DNA of 64,000 nucleotides from Candidatus Bathyarchaeota archaeon (GTDB taxonomy: Archaea > Thermoproteota > Bathyarchaeia > TCS64). Where the stretch lies: positions 160,001-224,000 of the forward strand of contig CAVYVF010000002.1 of assembly GCA_963771885.1 (NCBI GenBank). Reading direction: 5' to 3'. Of the stretch, positions 30,902 through 41,743 are shown in pieces. Position numbers and translations under genes: made by a program. The stretch's first letter is position 1, and each line of letters starts with the position of its first letter. Under the pieces are notes generated by a model, which was not told the DNA's origin, searched no databases, and saw only the letters and a list, made by a program, of their open reading frames with translations.

Positions 30902-32374
30902 TTGATCTATTTGTCCCTTGGCATCAGAGGCAGCTACATAGTAGGATTCGACGGCGCCGAGCACCGGATGATTAGAGACGGCGTCGTAGTCGTCGAGGAT
31001 AAGCGAATCAAGCATGTGGGAAGAAGCTACGACGGGCGAGTCGACAAGTGGATAGACGCGAGAGGCTGTCTAGTGACTCCCGGCTTCATCAATACACACA
31101 TACACGCATCGAGCGCCCCGAAGGACAAGAGCTTCCTTGAGGACATCGGGATTCGTCAGCTCTACGGGAGTAACCTGGGTGAGAACCTCACGGCTCTTGG
31201 AGCGAGCACCACCGAGGAGGACTTCAGGGCATTCGCGAGGTACAGCTTGAACGAGTGCCTACTGAGTGGCAACACAACAGTAGTAGAAATCGGGATGGTC
31301 ACGCATCTCGGCGAGGAGAATGCCTCCAAAATAATCGGCGAGGTCGGCATAAGGGCGTATGAAGGCCACGAGATAGAGGACGGGAGATTTGAGCGCGTTG
31401 ACCGGTTCGACTTTAAAACCGCCTGGTCGGAGCCTGAAAAAGGTATAAAAGAACTCGAGGCCGCCGAAAAGTTCGTTGAAAAGTACTCTGGCACCCATGG
31501 CGGGCGCCTGATGGGGGCGATCTACCCTAGCAGCCCCCTCGACGTCAGCTTGGGACTCATGTCCAGGGTCAAGCAATCCGCAGATAGGCTGGACTGCCCT
31601 GTCTCAATGCACGCCGGGGAGTGGGTTCTAGAGTTCCAGAATATGCTCAGGATGTATGGGAAGACCCCAGTCGAGGTAATTGCAGAATCCGGCCTCTTAT
31701 CCCCCCGCCTTATAATCGGGCACGGCTGGGCTGTGGCGGGTCACCCTCTCCTCGGGTACCCGGCAAGGGACGGCGGCGATCTCAGCATACTAGCCTCTCA
31801 CGGTGCAACGGTTAGCCACGACCCGGTCGTATTTGTGAAGAGAGGAAACCGCATGCAAAGTCACTCCACGTTCCTACGCGCGGGCGTGAACGTGAGCATC
31901 GGCACGGACACCGCTCCCCAGGATATGCTCAACGAGATGAGGATCGCCAGCTACGTAAGCAAACTAGCTGACTGGGACTATTCCTCGGGGACGAGCCGAG
32001 AGATATTCGACAGCGCGACCCTCCGGGGGGCAAAGGCGCTTGGCAGGATCGATATCGGTTTCCTCAGGAAGGGGGCGAAGGCTGACCTCGCGGTGGTCGA
32101 TATGATGACGATGAACAACGTGCCCTGCCGCGACCCCATCAGGAACCTCATCAATTCGACGCAGCGAAGCGATGTAAGGTTGGTAATGGTCGATGGCGAA
32201 GTCCTCGTCGAGAACGGCAGGCTCGTGAATGGTGATGAGGCGAGGCTCGCGGAGGATGTTCAGAGGGCATGCGAGTCGATATACCGTAGGCTACCGGAGA
32301 AACACCCCTTAAAGAGGAGCGCCGACGAAGTCTCACCTCCATCACTTAGAAGCTGGGAGGGCGAACCTCAGTGA
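30902..32374 (+). CDS. amidohydrolase (chlorohydrolase/deaminase-like)
   Basis: PGFINTHIH, MHAGE, GH, GTD, GAKADL. Confidence 0.85.
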   Translation: MIYLSLGIRGSYIVGFDGAEHRMIRDGVVVVEDKRIKHVGRSYDGRVDKWIDARGCLVTPGFINTHIHASSAPKDKSFLEDIGIRQLYGSNLGENLTALGASTTEEDFRAFARYSLNECLLSGNTTVVEIGMVTHLGEENASKIIGEVGIRAYEGHEIEDGRFERVDRFDFKTAWSEPEKGIKELEAAEKFVEKYSGTHGGRLMGAIYPSSPLDVSLGLMSRVKQSADRLDCPVSMHAGEWVLEFQNMLRMYGKTPVEVIAESGLLSPRLIIGHGWAVAGHPLLGYPARDGGDLSILASHGATVSHDPVVFVKRGNRMQSHSTFLRAGVNVSIGTDTAPQDMLNEMRIASYVSKLADWDYSSGTSREIFDSATLRGAKALGRIDIGFLRKGAKADLAVVDMMTMNNVPCRDPIRNLINSTQRSDVRLVMVDGEVLVENGRLVNGDEARLAEDVQRACESIYRRLPEKHPLKRSADEVSPPSLRSWEGEPQ

Positions 32375-33561
32375 GCGGCGGCGTGGAGATCCGCGCCTCA
32401 AAGCTAGTCGTGGGGGACGGGAGGGTCTACGAGGACTGCAGAGTCGGAATAAGGGACGGCGTCATCCTTGAAGTTTCACAGGGTCCCCTCCAGGAAACCT
32501 ACGATGTAGTACATGACTTCAGGGGCAAAACGATCATGCCCGGCATTATCGACGCGCACGTACACCTGAGGTACGGCCCGAAGAAGGACACTGAAGATCT
32601 ACCGGACGACTACCAGGCTATCAGGGCCGTTACCAACATGAGAAAAGCATTGGCTTCGGGTGCGACGACACTGATCGACGCGGGAGGGATACGTAATATG
32701 ACCTTCAGCCTCAGGAGAGCCCAAATCGATAGGCTAGTGGAGGGTCCAAGACTCTTCGTCTGCGGAGAGATGATAACGATTACGGGTGGCAGAAGCACGA
32801 AGCCGGGTGTGAGACTATACGAGGTTGATGGAGCCGACTCCGCGAGAAACGCAGCGAGGAGGCTTCTGATGCACCACAACGCCGACTTCATTAAGCTGGG
32901 GGCGACGGGCGCCATCTCCGCCTCCCATACAGGGCCCAGGCACCCTCAGCTGACCCTCGAGGAGATGACCGTCATCTGTGAGGAGGCACACGCATGCGGT
33001 AGAATGGTCCACGCTCACTGCTATGGGGAAGAGGGAATTCGGAGGGCGCTCGCCTCCGGCGTAGATGTAATTGTACATGGCCAGACGCTCAGTGGAGGGG
33101 ACATCGACACCATGTTAGAAGGTGATAAGATCCTAATCCCCACGCTAAAGCCCTATGTAGAGGCTGTTGAAGCCCATGGGGATAACGCTTCAAAAACTAG
33201 GCTACTTGAGACAGAAGTTTGGAAGGAGACTGAACCCAACTTCAGAAAAGCACTAGCAGCAGGAGTGAAGATCGCCCTTGGAACAGACTCGGGTATGCCA
33301 AAGGTATACTTCGGAGAGCACAGCACTGAACTCGAATATATGGTCCGTTGGGGCATGACAAAAGAACATGCGATAGCCGCTGGGACGATAAACGCTGCTA
33401 AGACCATAGGAATGGGAGACCGACTAGGTACACTGGAGCCGGGGAAAGCAGCTGATCTGCTGGTTCTTGGAAGAGACCCTCTGAAGGATATCTCAGCCAT
33501 CGGGAAAGACCTTGAAGCAATCATGCTCGGTGGAAACTTCATTAAAGAAGTGAAAATCTAA
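32371..33561 (+). CDS. amidohydrolase (Xaa-Pro dipeptidase-like)
   Basis: PGIIDAHVH, ADFIK, HAH, HG, GTDSG, GKAADL. Confidence 0.88.
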   Translation: MSGGVEIRASKLVVGDGRVYEDCRVGIRDGVILEVSQGPLQETYDVVHDFRGKTIMPGIIDAHVHLRYGPKKDTEDLPDDYQAIRAVTNMRKALASGATTLIDAGGIRNMTFSLRRAQIDRLVEGPRLFVCGEMITITGGRSTKPGVRLYEVDGADSARNAARRLLMHHNADFIKLGATGAISASHTGPRHPQLTLEEMTVICEEAHACGRMVHAHCYGEEGIRRALASGVDVIVHGQTLSGGDIDTMLEGDKILIPTLKPYVEAVEAHGDNASKTRLLETEVWKETEPNFRKALAAGVKIALGTDSGMPKVYFGEHSTELEYMVRWGMTKEHAIAAGTINAAKTIGMGDRLGTLEPGKAADLLVLGRDPLKDISAIGKDLEAIMLGGNFIKEVKI

Positions 33562-34235
33562 GTGCTTGAGAGTCTCAGTGTTGTAAGCGCGAGAATATAG
33601 CCGAAAACACACATGCGTAGTGCTCCCTCATCTGTTTAGCTGAAAGTGTGGCTAATCTGAGTGTGTTGCCTTTTGTAGTGTTTATGGGGCTTCATCAGCC
33701 CCGTCGCCATCGCCCCAAGGGGGCGGTGTAGGACTCGCGGCCTTGTGGTCAGAACCTAGCCGCAAGGCTATCGATGGCATGTGAGTTTTTAAGATTCATG
33801 GATTCCAGATACTAATATTATGCTCACGCAACTCATTCACAGATCCCACACCCTTCGTAATTATGCATAAATCTTATCAATCCAAGATTGCACCTGCAAC
33901 TCTACCTTAACCGCTTCATCCCACAAGTTCCATGAAGGTTCTATGCCTAGGTATTGAGGAGATTGAGACTCCTACATTGAGGTCGCGCGCGCCACGAAGG
34001 CTAACCTCACTGAGGCCCTTGACCGAAATGAGGCGGCACTTGGAAGGCTAGACGTCTAAATCCGTAGACATTTGCGTTGACTATCTCCGCGCGCGTGTGT
34101 GCGATAATCGCATTAGCTCGGTAGTTGATATGGTTGATATTTCCTATTCGCATGCGCGCGCGCCCACTTTTCGAAAATATTCATAGAGTAAGCTAAATTC
34201 GAGAACATTCACAATTTAGGCTGTGTGAGTGAATT

Positions 34236-34709
34236 ATGGAACCTTATAAATTACCTAGGATGAGCGAGGCTGAGATTATTGAACTCGTTGACTCACAAAT
34301 GATTTGTCGTATAGCATTAAATGGTGAAGATTACCCTTATCTTGCGCCTTTCCGTTATGTGAAGCGGAATGACACATTATATTTTCACTTCACAGACTAT
34401 GGTAAAAAAATGCGCTTCCTTAAAAAGAGTAAAAAGGCGTGTGTCCAGATTGAAAAGTATAATTCGGATTTAAGTAACTACAGATTCGCTTCATTCCGCG
34501 GACAACTTGAAGAAGTAATGGATGAAAATGAGTATAAAGATATAATAATACTTTTTTCAGAGTCGGGTAAAGAGAGAATATCAACTAATTTCCTTGCCGC
34601 CCATGGGATAAAGCCCGAAGAGGGTTGGGAATCATTCAAATTTTCAAATAAGTATGTAATAATGAAACTTGTCGATATTGTTGAGAAGATTGGTTTAAAA
34701 TCCCCATAG
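34236..34709 (+). CDS. pyridoxamine 5'-phosphate oxidase / NimA-like flavin-binding protein
   Basis: ICRIAL..DYPYLAPFRY..LYFH..GKKM. Confidence 0.8.
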   Translation: MEPYKLPRMSEAEIIELVDSQMICRIALNGEDYPYLAPFRYVKRNDTLYFHFTDYGKKMRFLKKSKKACVQIEKYNSDLSNYRFASFRGQLEEVMDENEYKDIIILFSESGKERISTNFLAAHGIKPEEGWESFKFSNKYVIMKLVDIVEKIGLKSP

Positions 34710-34927
34710 ATCAGCAACCGCGTGCGTATGTTGTTATCCTTTTATTTCTTTCTTCGCACGCCATCTTGAGAAACTTATAGAACGCGTATGAACTATTTAG
34801 AATATTTATGGAGTGCGCGCTTCATTATGAATGGTGGAGACATAAGGAGTACACGCACCTTTATTCAAGGCAAGTATGCAAGACTGCATCTGTAAACAGA
34901 TTTAACGCTACTGATTATCCTATATTC

Positions 34928-36008
34928 ATGACGCATGCGTGTGGTCTAGATGAAGTCTCTACACGCCAATACCAAGAAGGCGACGACGAGGAGATCGTAG
35001 CTCTCTTAAAAGCCTCCTTTCCCTCCTGGAAAAAAAGAAAACAAGCAGTTGATTACTGGCGATGGAGATATGTACGATCACCTCTCAAAACCCACATCGC
35101 CATCTCAACAGTGAAAGGTCGAATTGCTGGCGTGGGGCATTGCATGCAGCTAAAGATCAAACTTGGTGAAAAAATAGTCATCTCTTGTTATGATGACGAC
35201 TATGCTACTTACCAGAAGTATCGAAAAATTGGCGTCTACAAGGCAGTGACCAACCTCACCGATTCCCTCAAGACTGGCGTTGGCGCTGACTTTTGTTACT
35301 GGATTACAACAAACCCAATCGTGTTGACGAAAGCGATGATACACCAGCAGGTAACTTTTCCGACTCCATTCTCCGACTTAGTCAGAATACGTGATGTTGA
35401 TCGTTTCCTAGAGAAGGTGCCCGTAGAGAACCCCCAGACCCTTAAAGTCGAATTCTCTAATGCACCTGCTCCAATTCGTAATATATGATGCTGAGAGAAA
35501 AATCGAGTTTCGTGACTTAGACTTATTTGATGAAGACTTTGATAGATTTTTTGAGAAGATTGTTAATGGCTACGACTACATTATGATGAGAAGTCATCAA
35601 TACATGAATTGGAGATTTACTCAGAATCCAGAGGCCGTGTATAAAATTAAGGCGGCCGAGTTAGACGGTAAGATCGTCGGCTATGTGGTTCTCGAATTTG
35701 AGGATTATAATGGATACTCAATTGGTTCGATATTTGATTTAATTACTTTTCAAGATCGCTATGACCTGGTTTATTCTATCTTTGAGGCGCTTGTAACCTT
35801 TTTTGATTCGACTGGTATTGAATGCATCAGTCTAACTACAATGCGGGGTCATTCCTACCACGAGGCCGCAACATCCCTTGGCTTCATTAACGCCACATAT
35901 GCCTCAGGCTCTCATGTTAGGTTTTGGGGATACAACGACCAATTTTATAAATCCCTTAATAGATTAAAACCAGACAGGATCTTTTTCTCCTATTCTGATT
36001 TCTATTGA
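34928..36008 (+). CDS. tandem GNAT-fold protein (split by a frameshift near 35480)
   Basis: RQYQEGDDEEI, YWRWRY, YRKIGVY; second half YMNWRF..NP. Confidence 0.65.
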
Positions 36009-36081
36009 TTACTCACAAATAGTCCATTTGAATAAATATTCACGCGTATTTTGAACCACTTCGCGCACAGCTGGCCTTTCT

Positions 36082-36528
36082 TTATTTGCTCTTGAGGATC
36101 TTCAGCGACTCGTTGATGTGTGCCTTCATGTCGGTCTGCGAACTGAAAATGTACCGGATCAAGCCATCCCTACTTATTATGAAGGTGGTCCTGCCCGGCA
36201 GAAGAAAGCCGGAAACGCCGTAGAGTTTAGCAACCTCGCCACCAGGATCACTGAGGAGAGTGTAGGGCAGGAGATTCGACTCAATGAACTTCTTATGCGA
36301 CTCCACGCTGTCAGCACTCACCCCAATCACCTCCGCTCCCGCCTCCGTGAAGTCCTCAAAGCTGTCTCGGAAGTGGCACGCTTCCCTGGTGCACCCCGGG
36401 GAGAAGTCCTTGGGATAGAAAAACAACACCACTTTTCTCCCCCTGAGGGAAGAGAGCGCAACAGACTTGCCATCCTGGTTATTAAGGGCGAAATCCGGCG
36501 CTTTGTCCCCCAGCCTGAGTTTAGCCAT
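36082..36528 (-). CDS. bcp: peroxiredoxin Bcp/PrxQ
   Basis: FYPKDFSPGCTREAC. Confidence 0.9.
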   Translation of the reverse strand: MAKLRLGDKAPDFALNNQDGKSVALSSLRGRKVVLFFYPKDFSPGCTREACHFRDSFEDFTEAGAEVIGVSADSVESHKKFIESNLLPYTLLSDPGGEVAKLYGVSGFLLPGRTTFIISRDGLIRYIFSSQTDMKAHINESLKILKSK

Positions 36529-36862
36529 GTAACAGATTTGGGAACAGAAGATAAAAAAAGATCTGCGACAGAAGGGCAATCATCCATGCGTGAATGGTTT
36601 TTGATTCATTTTTGCGCGTGCAGCGCGCGTGCTCATTATTCAGAAAAGTAAGCCCCGGAAACGCTTGCCCTACCCCAGTCTTACCTCAAACTCATCCAGC
36701 CAAGACCTCACTATGACGTAGAAACGCTAGTGGAGATCGAGTTACCTATAACTGCGTCTATTTCAAGTAGTCACGCGCGCAAATGATATATACTCAGTTG
36801 ACAATCACCCATATAAGGTTCATCAATCACTAACTGATGAACCTTGAAAAATTGGGAAACTG

Positions 36863-37189
36863 GTGAAAAGAATGAAGTTTATAGCAGTTCACAAGTGGAC
36901 CAAAGAAACAAACATCGCATGCACGAAAGACATGGTAGCAGGTTTCACAGCCCTACTAAAGGGAGAGACCCCTAAAGACGTAATAATAGAAAACACCTGG
37001 ACAAGAGACGATTATGGCGCCTTCTGCTGTTGGGATGCGCCAAACAAAGAGGCTCTAACAAATCTGTTCAAGAAATGGCTGCCTACCATGTTGAAGTATA
37101 CCGAGTTTATCCCAGTCTCGCAGGCGTTCCCGGCGACTATCGAATATGAGCTTGGTTTACTCAAGATGATTACTGATATGGCAAAGTAG
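36863..37189 (+). CDS. small hypothetical protein (DUF3303/DUF4242-like)
   Basis: KFIAVHKW...AFCCWDAPNKEAL. Confidence 0.55.
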   Translation: MKRMKFIAVHKWTKETNIACTKDMVAGFTALLKGETPKDVIIENTWTRDDYGAFCCWDAPNKEALTNLFKKWLPTMLKYTEFIPVSQAFPATIEYELGLLKMITDMAK

Positions 37190-37377
37190 ACTACGTCATT
37201 CCCCTTTTTTTAAAAAAAAATATCCAAGTTTGCACACTTGAGTGAAAAAACGGTTATGATGTAATAGGATTCCAGATTTAATATGCTCCTATCACGCGCA
37301 CCTATGGGCACACACACGAGCATTACGCGTGTGAAAAGATGCGAAGTCTCATTATTCAAAACATATTTCTCTTAACC

Positions 37378-38613
37378 ATGAGGATCAAGGACGTCTACAC
37401 TTCCCCCGGGCTGACAGGCTACTTCTTCGACGATTTAGAAGCAATAAAACAAGGAGCCACATTAGATGGCGCAATATACAACGGAGCACCCGTAACACCC
37501 GGTTTTTCAAAGATAAGGCAACGAGGCGAATCCGTATCAATAATGCTCGAACTTGAAGATGGTAATATTGCCATAGGCGACTGCTCAGCGGTACAATACT
37601 CCGGAATAGCGGGTCGAGACCCAATATTCGCAGCCTCCAACCTAATAGACATAATAAATAATTTCCTTGCCCCAAGACTCACCGGCTTAGAACTAGATAA
37701 CTTTAAATCACTTTGCAACTGGGTCGATGAATTAGAATTATCGGGTAAGAAACTTCACACCGCGATTCGCTACGGCGCCACCCAAGCCCTATTGGACGCC
37801 TTCTCCAAATCGGAGAGTAAGACTATGGCAGAGGTAATTGCTGACTCCTACGGGCTCCAGATCTCACAAAAAATGATACCAATGTTCTCCCAGAGTGGAG
37901 GCGAAAGGTACTCAAACGTAGATAAAATGATCCTCAAGGGGGTAAAAGTCCTACCTCATGGCCTCATCAACAACCCAACACTCGTAGGACCCAATGGAAG
38001 AGGCCTCATCGAGTATGTAGAATGGGTCAAAGATCGCATTATAAAAATTGGTGGTGAGGATTACTCTGCAACTATTCTTCTCGGCGTTTATGGGACACTG
38101 GGCGGGGTCTTCAACAACCTCGAAACAGTGGCGCACTATATTTCTCAACTTGAGAAGACTGCTCATCCTTTTCCGCTATGGATAGAAACACCTATCTTGG
38201 CAGCGAATAAAAAAAGGCAAATCGAAGAATCGAAGTCCCTTAAAAACCATTTAGAGAAACTCGACTCAAAAGTCAAGATAGTTGCAGATGAATGGTGCAC
38301 TAGCCTTGACGATGTGAGAACTTTCTGCGACGAAAGCGCAGCCGATGTCATCAACATCATGACCCCACAATTTGGGACGATCGATAACGCTGTGGAGGCT
38401 GTGCTCTACTGTAAGAAAAGCGGAGTGGGTGCATACGTTGCAGGGTCATGTAATGAGACCGATATATCGGCCCGAGTATCAGCACATATCGCCCTTGCGA
38501 CTAACGCTGAATTAGTTGCAGCGAAGCCAGGAATGGGTGTTGATGAGGGGATCATGTTAGTTTATAATGAGATGCAGAGAGCCCTCGCGATGATAGCTAA
38601 ACATAGGAGATAA
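37378..38613 (+). CDS. mal: methylaspartate ammonia-lyase
   Basis: GYFFDD, GDCSAVQYSGIAGRDP, HTAIRYG, LPHGLIN, VADEWC, GSCNETD, AKPGMGVDEG. Confidence 0.9.
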   Translation: MRIKDVYTSPGLTGYFFDDLEAIKQGATLDGAIYNGAPVTPGFSKIRQRGESVSIMLELEDGNIAIGDCSAVQYSGIAGRDPIFAASNLIDIINNFLAPRLTGLELDNFKSLCNWVDELELSGKKLHTAIRYGATQALLDAFSKSESKTMAEVIADSYGLQISQKMIPMFSQSGGERYSNVDKMILKGVKVLPHGLINNPTLVGPNGRGLIEYVEWVKDRIIKIGGEDYSATILLGVYGTLGGVFNNLETVAHYISQLEKTAHPFPLWIETPILAANKKRQIEESKSLKNHLEKLDSKVKIVADEWCTSLDDVRTFCDESAADVINIMTPQFGTIDNAVEAVLYCKKSGVGAYVAGSCNETDISARVSAHIALATNAELVAAKPGMGVDEGIMLVYNEMQRALAMIAKHRR

Positions 38614-38777
38614 GGGATCTAAACACCGGTGCGCTTGTACGTTATATGAGGTTAATGCCAAAGAGACTTTGGTATAAGATTTCTCGAGAATAGCTAAGTG
38701 ATACTCTATTAGTAAGCGCTTATTCGAACAAATAGAACTTCCAACTATCCAAAAAATGTATCGTAAACGGGTTTTGA

Positions 38778-39155
38778 TCATTTAGGCGGAATACTTGAAG
38801 TCCAAATATCCCAGTGAAGCCTCCAGCCATCCGGAGTATTCTTCCAGACAACCACATACTTTCCCTTATCCTCAGCGGCTTGAAGCTTCAAATGGTATTC
38901 ACCCATCTCAGTAACAGTGTCCCCAGATCCGACGACCTCGACGGTCTTCAATATTGCATCCTTGAGCCCCATGCCCTTAATCGCTCCGCCCCAGAACTCC
39001 TCAATTGCTTTCCTCCCTTTGATGAAACTCATTCCGGCGGGCATTAGGCAGGCATCATTTGTATAAAGTCCAGATATCGCCTTTGCGTCGCTTCGCCTCA
39101 CAAACTCTCCGAATTTGCCGTTAGCTTTCTCGATCTCCTTCTTGATTTCAACCAT
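38778..39155 (-). CDS. SnoaL/DUF4440 (NTF2-like) protein
   Basis: LYTNDACLMP, GRKAIEEFW, GKYVVVWK, DIW. Confidence 0.85.
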   Translation of the reverse strand: MVEIKKEIEKANGKFGEFVRRSDAKAISGLYTNDACLMPAGMSFIKGRKAIEEFWGGAIKGMGLKDAILKTVEVVGSGDTVTEMGEYHLKLQAAEDKGKYVVVWKNTPDGWRLHWDIWTSSIPPK

Positions 39156-39346
39156 TTTGTATTCATCTTCTCCTTGTTTCTCGATGAAGGGGGTAACAAG
39201 CGGGGGTGTACCCAATAATTGAAAACACCCTAGTTACTATATATTACTATCCGTTAACGCTTACCAATTAAGGGTTAAATCTAAACTCACCATAGGTGAA
39301 AATTTCATATAACAATATGAAGCTTCCAAAACACATCATGCACACG

Positions 39347-40057
39347 CTATTGGGAAACGAGATGGATTAGATTAGCTGCAACCCGCTCCGCGTATAGACG
39401 CATCTGAGCGTCATTGAGTTTACACTCGGCTAAAACCTGTTCAGGCGTCTTTCCTGCTACGGCAGTAGAGGCGCCCCACACTTCCAGCCAACTTCCGAGT
39501 TCACGACTATTCAGCTCAAAGCGGAACAAGAATCCTCGGATGTTGTTAAACCTGAATCCTTGAATATGGCAGGGTTCCCCCGTAGCCACGAGCTCTCCGT
39601 CCTTCGGTATTTCAAACATGTTTCCGTGCCAGAGGAAGGCTGTGAACTCTTGGGGTATGCCTTCAAGCAACGGGTCACGTATACCTGCCTCGGTGAGCTG
39701 TATCCGATAGCAACCCACCTCTTTGGGTGAGCTGTGAACATTAGCACCGAGCCTATACGCTAGGAATTGGGCACCGCCACATATCCCAAAGCAAGGCTTA
39801 CCGCTCAGCCGTATCTCATCGACGTAATCCCAGAGCTGCTGGAGGAAGTAGAACCGTGGCATCTCGTGGACATCGGGAGCCATCGCACTTAGAATAAAAG
39901 CGTCGAAGCCATCTATTGAGGGATATTTCTCCGGAGGCTGTAATCTATAAGCGTGGAAGATCGTTACCTCTGCTCCGAGGCCGCGAAGGATCTCCGGATA
40001 TATGCCCATAGACTCGATGGGGTCGATTTGAAGTACAAGAATGTGGGCTGGGTGCAT
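39347..40057 (-). CDS. class I glutamine amidotransferase-like protein
   Basis: GICGGAQ, EVG, WHG; the usual HPE catalytic motif reads RFE. Confidence 0.75.
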   Translation of the reverse strand: MHPAHILVLQIDPIESMGIYPEILRGLGAEVTIFHAYRLQPPEKYPSIDGFDAFILSAMAPDVHEMPRFYFLQQLWDYVDEIRLSGKPCFGICGGAQFLAYRLGANVHSSPKEVGCYRIQLTEAGIRDPLLEGIPQEFTAFLWHGNMFEIPKDGELVATGEPCHIQGFRFNNIRGFLFRFELNSRELGSWLEVWGASTAVAGKTPEQVLAECKLNDAQMRLYAERVAANLIHLVSQ

Positions 40058-40189
40058 AAAGTACCGGAGTCATTGAGAGTTGAAGATAGTAATAATGCTT
40101 ATTGGAGTTTAAGGAGTTAGCGCGCGTGGCTGGAAACAGGTTTCGATGGAACGCACACGGCCGCGCGTGCGTGGGATGAGTTCGTTAAA

Positions 40190-40222
40190 TGGTGGGATCG
40201 GTGAAGTCCACTCATTGGAGAG
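40190..40222. repeat. att-like site: duplicated tRNA-Pro 3' end plus flanking direct repeat
   Basis: 40190-40204 TGGTGGGATCGGTGA equals 43958-43972; 40199-40222 matches 43925-43948 at 22/24. Confidence 0.75.
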
Positions 40223-40282
40223 TCTATATTTTAAATAATAATGGGTTTATATGAAATATTGTTCATGTATTTTTTAAAAATG

Positions 40283-41743
40283 TTATGATACTCCCGCAAG
40301 TTTACACATATTCAAATAGCTTTCAAAAGCATACTCAACGTCCTTCTTTGTACTTCTATGATTAGTGAAACAAACCCTAAAGCCTTCAACCCCTCTCACC
40401 TTAGTCAATAGCCCTCCACATTCAAATAACTCAGGATGTGAATATACGATTGGCATGAGTTTAGCATTCTGAGCGATAGTCTCCTCCTCGCTCCACTCCG
40501 GTTTCTTGCAGCGGAAGACCACAACATTGAGAATAACGGGTGCAATCAGTTCAAGACCTGGTTGTTCCACCACTAGCTCAGCGTAATAATGAGCTAACTC
40601 AATATCTTTCTCAATCATTCGCCTGTATTTGTCGACCCCGTGCTCCTTGATACTCATCCATACTTTCAGGGCACGGAGTGGCCTGGAGAGCTCCATTCCT
40701 AGATCCATCATGCTAGGATCGTGTGAAATGTAATCTCCGTGCATCGAGAAAGCCTGATAGTGAGCCGCCTTATCCTTAACAAGAATACAACCAACCCCGT
40801 ATGGCATATACATCCACTTATGCAGGTCGAATGCCAGGCTATCCGCTCGCTCCATTCCCTTGACTAGATGCTTGTATTTTGGAGAGAGCGCAACCCAAGC
40901 TCCGAATGCCCCGTCTATGTGAAACCATAGATCCTGTTCTTGGCAGAAGTCAGCAATTGCGTCGAGGTCGTCGAAGCTGGCGACGTTTGTGGCACCAGCA
41001 CAGCCGATAACCCCGCAGGGAGTATATCCAGCCTTACGATCTTCTTTGACTTTCTCTTCTAGTTCATCGATGTTTATCTTGAAATCGTCATCCACTCGAA
41101 TTTTCCTAAGGTTCTTTGAACCAATTCCCATTACTTCAATTGCTCGCTGTATGCTTGTGTGCATCTCCTGGGAGCCATAGAAAGTAAGCTTGCTTGAGAT
41201 GCCATTTTCTTTGATGTTGCCTCCGGCTTTGACATTCCTAGCTACAATCAGGCCAGTTAGATTTGCGTGGCTGCAACCAGATACGAGTATTCCGGATGAG
41301 TCAGCGGGGTAGCCAAGCATCTCTTTCAGCCAGGATAAAACCTGTAATTCGATCTCCGGCCCTAGGTTGAAGCGGTTGTTTTCTGCTGCTATATTGTTTA
41401 GACCTGACATCCACATATCTGAGAGGGCGCCGAAGGGTGTTCCTTGCCCTAATACTGTATACCAGCATCTAGGAGAACCAAAATGAGGCGTATTGTTTTC
41501 TAGTATTATTTTCTGGAAATCGTCGTAGGTTTTTTCTGCTCCAAGGCCTTCATGAGGTACCTTAGTCTTGAGTTTGCTTAGGATTTCATCTGTGATGTAT
41601 TTGAATTGAGTTTTGGCTCTTATGGTTTCTTGATATGTTAGCATATCTTCGACCATTTGTCTCCCTAGTTTCTTCATCTCGTCCCAGTTTTCAGGGTCAA
41701 GTGTTTCTTCTTTCCGGACAGGCTCCTGTTTATTCTCGCTCAT
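40283..41743 (-). CDS. PLP-dependent group II amino-acid decarboxylase
   Basis: ETLDPENW, HIDGAFG, DSLAFDLHKW. Confidence 0.9.
   Translation of the reverse strand: MSENKQEPVRKEETLDPENWDEMKKLGRQMVEDMLTYQETIRAKTQFKYITDEILSKLKTKVPHEGLGAEKTYDDFQKIILENNTPHFGSPRCWYTVLGQGTPFGALSDMWMSGLNNIAAENNRFNLGPEIELQVLSWLKEMLGYPADSSGILVSGCSHANLTGLIVARNVKAGGNIKENGISSKLTFYGSQEMHTSIQRAIEVMGIGSKNLRKIRVDDDFKINIDELEEKVKEDRKAGYTPCGVIGCAGATNVASFDDLDAIADFCQEQDLWFHIDGAFGAWVALSPKYKHLVKGMERADSLAFDLHKWMYMPYGVGCILVKDKAAHYQAFSMHGDYISHDPSMMDLGMELSRPLRALKVWMSIKEHGVDKYRRMIEKDIELAHYYAELVVEQPGLELIAPVILNVVVFRCKKPEWSEEETIAQNAKLMPIVYSHPELFECGGLLTKVRGVEGFRVCFTNHRSTKKDVEYAFESYLNMCKLAGVS

Noticed and set aside
33686..33778. Twister-sister ribozyme or fluoride riboswitch
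   Set aside because: Only isolated words match; the required stems and order are missing
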